From an uncultured Gemmatimonadales bacterium (lineage in GTDB: Bacteria > Gemmatimonadota > Gemmatimonadetes > Gemmatimonadales > Gemmatimonadaceae), in assembly GCA_963851265.1 (NCBI GenBank), contig CAWKNZ010000002.1, forward strand, positions 384,001-448,000: a DNA stretch of 64,000 nucleotides, given 5' to 3'. Position numbers and translations under genes: made by a program. A model generated the notes under the pieces. It was given only the letters and a program-made list of their open reading frames with translations. It ran no database searches and had not been told where the DNA came from. Of the stretch, positions 58,181 to 64,000 are shown piece after piece. Each line of letters begins with the position of its first letter. Within the stretch, counting starts at the first letter, position 1.

Positions 58181-60618
58181 ACGACGAGGTTCAACAACCG
58201 CCCCGCCACGAAGATCACCTTGCGCGGCTCGCCCGTCACGAACTTCGCGATCCCCGGCTCGGCCATCGCGGCCGCGATCGCCTGCTCCTGGCCGGCGTCC
58301 TTGGGCAGCTGCACCGTGCCGCGCGTCTTCCCGTTCACCTGGACCGCGATCGTCGCCGACTCCTCCGCCGCGAGCGACGGGTCGTACGGCGGCCACCCCG
58401 AGTCGAACACGCTCGGCGCGTCGGCCCCGTGCGCGCGCGCCCACAGCTCCTCGGCCAGGTGCGGCGCGAACGGGGCCGCGAGCTGCACCAGCGGCAGGAC
58501 CTCGCCCCGGTGCGGCGTGCGCTCGCCCTGCCGCAGCACGTTCACGTAGCTCATCATCTCGGCGATCGCCGTGTTGTACGACAGCCGTGCGACGTCGTCG
58601 CCGACCTTCTTGATGGCCTGGTGCAGCCGGCGTAGCACCGCGCGGTCCGGCGCCCCGTCCGCCGTCATGTCGCGGGCGCTGTTGTACAGCCGGTCGAGGA
58701 AGCGCCGCACGCCCGAGATCCCCGCGTCGCGGAAGTCGCCGCCCTCCTCGTAGGGCCCGAGGAACATGAGGTAGGTGCGGAACGTGTCCGCGCCCCACCG
58801 CTCGATCGTGTCGTCGGGGTTGATCACGTTCCCCTTGGACTTCGACATCTTCGCGCCCTCGCGCACGATCAGCCCGTGCGCGCGGAACTTGGTGAACGGC
58901 TCGTCGAAGTCGACGTGCCCCGCGTCCTTCAACGCCATCGTCACGAACCGCGAGTAGAGCAGGTGCAGCACCGCGTGCTCGTTGCCGCCGATGTAGCTGT
59001 TTACCGGGAGCCACGTTTTCGTGCGCGCGCGGTCGAACGGCACGTCGGCGCGGTCGGCGCTCGGGTAGCGCAGGAAGTACCACGAGCTATCGAGAAACGT
59101 GTCGCTCACGTCCGTCTCGCGCCGTGCGTCGCCGCCGCACGACGGGCAGGCGACGTGGTACCACTCCGCGTCGCGCGCGAGCGGGCTCACCCCCGAGTCG
59201 TCGGGCTTGAAATCTTCGAGGTACGGCAGCACCACGGGCAGCTGCGACTCGGGCACCGGCACCGTGCCGCAGTGCTCGCAGTACACGATCGGGATCGGCG
59301 GCCCCCAGTAGCGCTGCCGCGAGATGCACCAGTCGTGCAGGCGGTAGTTGGTGGTCGCGCGCGCCGCCCCGCGCTCGGCGAGCCACGCCACCACGGCCTG
59401 CTTGCCCTCGTCGACCGTGAGGCCGTCGAACTGCGCGGACCCGACGAGCCGCGCCTCGGCGCCCTCGCCGTCGACCACCTGGACGACCGGGAGCGCGAAC
59501 CGCTCCGCGAACTCCAGGTCGCGCGCGTCGTGCGCGGGCACGGCCATGATCGCCCCCGTGCCGTATTCCATCAGCACGTAGTCGGCGATCCACACCGGCA
59601 CGGGCGCGCCCGTGGCCGGGTTGGTCGCGTACGCGCCGGTGAAGACGCCCGTCTTCTCCTTGTCGATCTTGCGGCTGACCACGTCCTGCCGGGCCGTCGC
59701 CTCGCGGTAGGCGTCGACCGCCGCGCGCTGCTCGGGTGTGGTCACCGCGTCGACCAGCGGGTGCTCGGGGGCGAGCACGAGGTACGTCGCGCCGAAGATC
59801 GTGTCGACGCGCGTGGTGAAGACGGTCGCGATCCTCTCCCCGTCGGGCGTCGGGATCGCGAAGTCGACCTGCGCGCCCGTCGAGCGCCCGATCCAGTTCC
59901 GCTGCGCGGTCTTGGTGGTGTCGCTCCAGTCCAGCCACTCGAGGTCGTCGAGCAGCCGCCCCGCGTAGTCCGAGATGCGGAAGAACCACTGCTCGAGGAA
60001 GCGCTGCTCGACCGCCGTGCCGCAGCGCTCGCAGTGGCCGTCGATCACCTGCTCGTTGGCGAGCACGGTCTTGTCGAACGGACACCAGTTGACGGCCGCC
60101 TTCTTCTTGTACGCGAGCCCCTGCTTGTGCAGTTGCAGGAACACCCACTGCGTCCACCGATAGTAGTCCGGCTGCGACGTGTCGACCGAGTAGCGCCAGT
60201 CGACCATCAGCCCCGCGCGGTCGAGCTGCCGCCGGAAGTTGGCGACGTTGCGCGGGGTCATCGCCATCGGGTGCGCGCCGACCTTGAGCGCGTAGTTCTC
60301 GGAGTGGATGCCGAACGCGTCGAAGCCTAACGGCTGGAAGACCGTGCGCCCCTGCTGGCGCATGAAGCGCCCCTGGATGTCGGTGCCCGTGAACGCGAAC
60401 AGGTTCCCCACGTGCAGCCCCTCGGCCGACGGGTAGGGGAACATCATGAGCTGGTAGTACGGTGGGCGCGCGGGGTCGCTCGCGTCGAGGTCGGCGTGGT
60501 TCGTGCCCCGCTCCTGCCACCGGCGCTGCCACGCGGCCTCGACGGCGGCGGGGTCGTAGCGGTCGGGTTCGGGTGCGGGCGCGGACGGCGCGGGGGGAGA
60601 CGAGGTCGGGACGGTCAT
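58177..60618 (-). CDS. leuS: Leucine--tRNA ligase
   Basis: MFPYPS..LHVGN (HIGH-like), editing domain VFTTRVDT / GTGAIMAVPAHD, DWCISRQRYWG, KMSKS, VQVNGK. Confidence 0.98.
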   Translation of the reverse strand: MTVPTSSPPAPSAPAPEPDRYDPAAVEAAWQRRWQERGTNHADLDASDPARPPYYQLMMFPYPSAEGLHVGNLFAFTGTDIQGRFMRQQGRTVFQPLGFDAFGIHSENYALKVGAHPMAMTPRNVANFRRQLDRAGLMVDWRYSVDTSQPDYYRWTQWVFLQLHKQGLAYKKKAAVNWCPFDKTVLANEQVIDGHCERCGTAVEQRFLEQWFFRISDYAGRLLDDLEWLDWSDTTKTAQRNWIGRSTGAQVDFAIPTPDGERIATVFTTRVDTIFGATYLVLAPEHPLVDAVTTPEQRAAVDAYREATARQDVVSRKIDKEKTGVFTGAYATNPATGAPVPVWIADYVLMEYGTGAIMAVPAHDARDLEFAERFALPVVQVVDGEGAEARLVGSAQFDGLTVDEGKQAVVAWLAERGAARATTNYRLHDWCISRQRYWGPPIPIVYCEHCGTVPVPESQLPVVLPYLEDFKPDDSGVSPLARDAEWYHVACPSCGGDARRETDVSDTFLDSSWYFLRYPSADRADVPFDRARTKTWLPVNSYIGGNEHAVLHLLYSRFVTMALKDAGHVDFDEPFTKFRAHGLIVREGAKMSKSKGNVINPDDTIERWGADTFRTYLMFLGPYEEGGDFRDAGISGVRRFLDRLYNSARDMTADGAPDRAVLRRLHQAIKKVGDDVARLSYNTAIAEMMSYVNVLRQGERTPHRGEVLPLVQLAAPFAPHLAEELWARAHGADAPSVFDSGWPPYDPSLAAEESATIAVQVNGKTRGTVQLPKDAGQEQAIAAAMAEPGIAKFVTGEPRKVIFVAGRLLNLVV

Positions 60619-60921
60619 GCGAGCGAGCGAGAAGGGGAAACTCGCAATCTAGCCGCCACTGACACCGCTCACGGCGCGGGCGGATCCGACGCCGTGCGCT
60701 CGGCGCACCGGCCGTTCACCTGCGCGCTGTTCGGGCGCGGAGCGATCGTGCCGCGTGCAATCCGGGCCGTGAAGGCCAGCGGTCACGAAGGGAGCGGGAA
60801 CGGCGGCGTCGGGCGATCTCGCAAGTCCTTCCACTCGCACGATCGCGGCTCGGTGCACAGGAAATGCGTTAATGACGGGACCGTTACTCTGTGCTCCCGT
60901 CTGCCACGATCAAGAGCGACC

Positions 60922-61926
60922 ATGCGCGAACGCCGACCGTATTTCACGACTGCCGCCGCAGCTGCCGTTCTGACCGTTGCGGCGCTCGCGGGAACCAGCG
61001 GATGCGGCACCGATCGGGTCACCGCCGACGCACGCCGGACACTCGGCACGCAACTCGGCGCCATCCCCGGCGCGGGCACGACCGGGACCGATCGGCGCCA
61101 GTCGGCATCGGCCGACGACCTCGCGGCGGCGCGCCGCTACCTCGAAGCGACGCTCCGCCTCGACCCGACGAACGAGGGCGCGCGCGCCGCGCTCGCGGGA
61201 CTGGGCGGCCCGTCCGACGTCGATCCCGCTCTCGTCAACCTGACGCCCACGTCAGGACCGGTGGCGAGCCGTGCCGCCGGTGCCCGCACGTCGGCGTCGT
61301 TCGGCGAGGTCGCGGTCGGGGCCGTCGGGGCGATCACCTCGGACCTGGCCCAGGCCGTCGGGCCGGTCGCCCGTACGCCGGCGCTCGTCGGCGGACGGTC
61401 GGCGGCCGATTCCACGCACGAGATCATGGCCATCGTGAGTCCGTCCGCGGACAGCGCCGGTCGGGCCGCCGCGCGCCCGCCGCGCTCCCACTCGACCGGT
61501 GTGCGGCGGCGCGACGAAGTCGAACCGGCAACGGCGATCGCCGCCCGCGACGACAGCACGCGAGCCCCGGACGCGAAGCCCGCCGACGCCGACCGCTCGG
61601 CCGCAACACAGCCTGCGAAGCACAAGCGCACGTGGCCGTGGACGCGCGCCCAGCGCTGGTTGGTGGCCAAGGGCATCGGCGCCGGCGGCGGCGCGGGCGT
61701 GGTCGTGGGTGCCCTCGTCGGCAACGTCCCGGGCGCGCTCCTCGCGGGCTCGCTCACCGGCGGCGCGCTCGGATTCCACAAGGCCACCAAGATCGGGCCG
61801 GCGGCACCCTACCCGTCAAAGAGCGACAGCGTCGCGTTCGACGCGAACCATCGTCGACGCGACACCGAGAAGTCCAAGAAAGCGCCCGCCGATACCGGGG
61901 CCCGGGTCGCCGTCGCGCATCGCTGA
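60922..61926 (+). CDS. Hypothetical lipoprotein (TPR-like element plus C-terminal glycine zipper)
   Basis: Signal with lipobox-like GTSGC, ARRYLEATLRLDPTNEGA, GIGAGGGAGVVVGALVG..GALLAGSLTGGALG. Confidence 0.7.
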   Translation: MRERRPYFTTAAAAAVLTVAALAGTSGCGTDRVTADARRTLGTQLGAIPGAGTTGTDRRQSASADDLAAARRYLEATLRLDPTNEGARAALAGLGGPSDVDPALVNLTPTSGPVASRAAGARTSASFGEVAVGAVGAITSDLAQAVGPVARTPALVGGRSAADSTHEIMAIVSPSADSAGRAAARPPRSHSTGVRRRDEVEPATAIAARDDSTRAPDAKPADADRSAATQPAKHKRTWPWTRAQRWLVAKGIGAGGGAGVVVGALVGNVPGALLAGSLTGGALGFHKATKIGPAAPYPSKSDSVAFDANHRRRDTEKSKKAPADTGARVAVAHR

Positions 61927-61950
61927 CCGCTGGCGCGGAGCGCCGGGGCC

Positions 61951-63243
61951 CTACCGCCCGGTGCCTCCGCCGCGCACCGGCGTCCGCGCCCCATCGGCGG
62001 CCGTCGCCCGGACCCGCTCGACCGCGTCCGCCGCGACGTAGCCTTCCAGCGTCGCGACGCCCGGCGATGCGGGGCGCACGTGCAGCCAACCGCCGCCCGC
62101 CGCCCCGTCCACCGTGAGCAGCGAGCCGGGTGCGAGCGCCGCGAGCGTCGGCGCGCCGGTGATCGGCCCCGCGCGCAGCGCGACGGACGACCGCGAGCCG
62201 ATGCGAACGGTCGATCCGACGAAGGCCGTGTCCCGCCCGGGCGCGCTCGCCACCTGGTGCCGGGCGCTCAGGAACGGCAGCGGGTCGACCGCGCCAGTGC
62301 GCTCGTAGATCCCGAAGTGCAGGTGCGTCGGCCCGCCGCGCGCGTTCCCGGTGTTCCCCACGTAGCCGACGGTGTCGCCCACGCGCACCAGCTGGCCGTC
62401 GTGGACCGCCTGGGTGTCGAGGTGCGCGTAGTAGAGCGAGTGCCCGCGCGACGGCACCTCGACCGAGACGACGTGTCCGCCGAGGCGGTCGTCGCCCACG
62501 TACGCGACGATCCCGTCTTCCGCGGCGAGTGCCGGCGTCCCGCGCCGCGCCATGATGTCGACGCCCTCGTGCGACCGCGCGCCGCCGTCGCGCTCGGCAC
62601 CGAACCCGCTCGCGATCGCGCGGGCGTCGAGGCCCAGCACGGGGAAGGCGAGCGACGGCCCGGCGCCCAACGCCATCGCCCAACGGACGCGGCGGCGCAA
62701 CTCGGGCTGGACGCGAAGCACGTAGACCGCGTCCGCATCGTCGACCGGCGCGTCATACGTCGCGTGCGTCCCGTCTCCGCTGGCCACGAGGCGCCGCGCG
62801 GTCGGGTCGGTCGGGTCCTCGCGCCAGAGGTCGGTGAACACGCGCGCGCCCGAGTCGGCGTCTGCGTCGACGCGCGCCGTCACGCGCTCGCCGCGGCGCG
62901 CCCGCACGCGCCACGCCAGCGCGACCGCATCGCCGCCCTGAAACACGCCCTGCTCGCGCAGCGGAACCGGCGCCGCGGCGGGCGTGTCGAGCGCGCGGTC
63001 GCCCGCGACCACCCACTCGCGCGCGAGGCGAGCGCCGTCCTCGCCCTCACCGCGCAGGTCGTCGGCGTAGCGCTCGCGCTCCGTCGCGCCGCGCAGGCGA
63101 TCGCCGATCGTGCGTACCTGATTGCCGATCGCGTCGCGTATGCGGCCGGCGTTGCATGCGCTCCCAACGGTGAGGGCGGCACCGAGTGCCAGCCGTGCGA
63201 CGAGCGCGAAGGGACGTGAGACAAGATGCATCGTCTTGTGCAT
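61951..63243 (-). CDS. M23 family metallopeptidase with a C-terminal SH3b-like domain (probable lipoprotein)
   Basis: HEGVD (HxxxD), YYAHL, VGNTGNA, HLHF; lipobox-like GSAC; LRAGP..GW SH3b-like tail. Confidence 0.9.
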   Translation of the reverse strand: MHKTMHLVSRPFALVARLALGAALTVGSACNAGRIRDAIGNQVRTIGDRLRGATERERYADDLRGEGEDGARLAREWVVAGDRALDTPAAAPVPLREQGVFQGGDAVALAWRVRARRGERVTARVDADADSGARVFTDLWREDPTDPTARRLVASGDGTHATYDAPVDDADAVYVLRVQPELRRRVRWAMALGAGPSLAFPVLGLDARAIASGFGAERDGGARSHEGVDIMARRGTPALAAEDGIVAYVGDDRLGGHVVSVEVPSRGHSLYYAHLDTQAVHDGQLVRVGDTVGYVGNTGNARGGPTHLHFGIYERTGAVDPLPFLSARHQVASAPGRDTAFVGSTVRIGSRSSVALRAGPITGAPTLAALAPGSLLTVDGAAGGGWLHVRPASPGVATLEGYVAADAVERVRATAADGARTPVRGGGTGR

Positions 63244-63353
63244 ACCCCGGACGCCGCGTCTGGTGCACGCCCGTCACACTCGTGACGATGCCGAATCCCG
63301 TTCGCCGGCATGCCCGCTCCCCCGCCTCTGGTACCGCAGGTACGTTGGTCGCC

Positions 63354-64000
63354 ATGACCGCTTCTACCCTCACGCCCTCACCCCCCCCGATCGCCCCCGC
63401 GGCGCTGGCAGACCGCCTGCGCGCGACGACGTTCCTCGCCGGCCTGCCGGACGCGTACTTCTGGCGTCTCGCGCGCGCGTTCACGCTGCGGCCCTTCGAC
63501 GAGGAAGCGACGCTGTTCGAGGAGGGTGCGCCGCGACAGTTCCTCGCCGTGCTGCTCTCCGGGAGCGTGTCGGTCGAGAAGGTCGCTGAGGGGCGCGCCG
63601 TGCGGCTCTCGACCTTCGGCGTCGGCGAGGCGGTGGGCGAAGGCCTGCTGCTCGGCGACACGAACGCGCACGGCACCACGGCGCGCGCCCTCACGCCGGT
63701 CACGGCCGCCGTGATGACGCGCGCGCAGATGGACGACCTCCTCAAGGAGAACCCGCCCATCTTCGCGGCCCTCGTCGCGCGTGCCGCACGCGCGATCTCG
63801 CAGCGCCTGCGCGCGGCCGACGCGACGCTCCTCGGCCACGGCCGCGCGACCGGCTTCACCGGCGCCGGCACGCGCCGCGAGCACGACCTGTTAGGCACCC
63901 GCGAGGTGCCGGCCGACGCACTCTACGGCGTCCAGACGCTGCGCGCGCTCGAGAACTTCCCGATCACGAAGGTGCCGCTGCGCGAGTTTCCCGCGCTCGT
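63354..64000 (+). CDS. aspA: Aspartate ammonia-lyase with an N-terminal cyclic-nucleotide-binding domain (runs off the window)
   Basis: Not in the ORF track. Manual translation: ...[21 protein letters not shown]...[10 protein letters not shown]...HGTTARAL... (cNMP fold), then [33 protein letters not shown] (aspartase/fumarase N-terminus). Confidence 0.88.
   Translation, partial: MTASTLTPSPPPIAPAALADRLRATTFLAGLPDAYFWRLARAFTLRPFDEEATLFEEGAPRQFLAVLLSGSVSVEKVAEGRAVRLSTFGVGEAVGEGLLLGDTNAHGTTARALTPVTAAVMTRAQMDDLLKENPPIFAALVARAARAISQRLRAADATLLGHGRATGFTGAGTRREHDLLGTREVPADALYGVQTLRALENFPITKVPLREFPAL

Noticed and set aside
63381..63388. C8 tract near the aspA 5' end as a phase-variation switch
   Set aside because: In frame (Pro-Pro-Pro) and short; unremarkable at this GC content without read evidence.
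698..63896. TTAGGC equals the nematode telomere repeat; also considered bldA-like TTA control
   Set aside because: Copies are single, dispersed and in-frame in bacterial genes, so not telomeric or contaminant. bldA-type control would not fix the flanking bases, would not explain the two antisense CCT-AAC copies, and would be unexpected in core genes.
1..64000. Many long antisense or alternate-frame ORFs (e.g. 21632-25036, 49917-53036, 12255-14768, 15848-17995)
   Set aside because: They overlap well-supported genes, lack motifs, and are expected from stop-codon scarcity at very high GC.
1..64000. Abundant GTCGAC, CTCGAG and CGCGCG palindromes
   Set aside because: Explained by the preferred codons for Val-Asp, Leu-Glu and Arg/Ala pairs. 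No excess could be shown by eye.

Overview
A very GC-rich (about 75% by eye), densely coding bacterial chromosome segment. Gene content and protein style suggest Gemmatimonadota (inference only). About 51 CDSs, mostly housekeeping or envelope genes: inositol-3-phosphate synthase, M20 peptidases, tamA/tamB, an EF-G paralogue, thyX, rnhA, otsA/otsB, an ECF sigma factor, sucB-SDR-lpdA, gyrA, a diguanylate cyclase, dacB, leuS and an M23 peptidase. I saw no rRNA, tRNA, CRISPR array, transposase, integrase or phage gene. Main observations: (1) the non-palindromic heptamer GTTAGGC/GCCTAAC occurs 26 times by manual count, always inside genes and on both strands, and accounts for almost every TTA codon I found; (2) a TetR-controlled efflux locus has an AcrB-type RND permease fused to a TolC-type channel through an internal signal-peptide-like segment, with four operator palindromes in the divergent promoter; (3) a cyclic-nucleotide-binding domain is fused to an aspartate ammonia-lyase (absent from the ORF track); (4) an RNase HI has a rearranged acidic active site; (5) a squalene synthase is frameshifted; (6) otsB has no canonical start codon.
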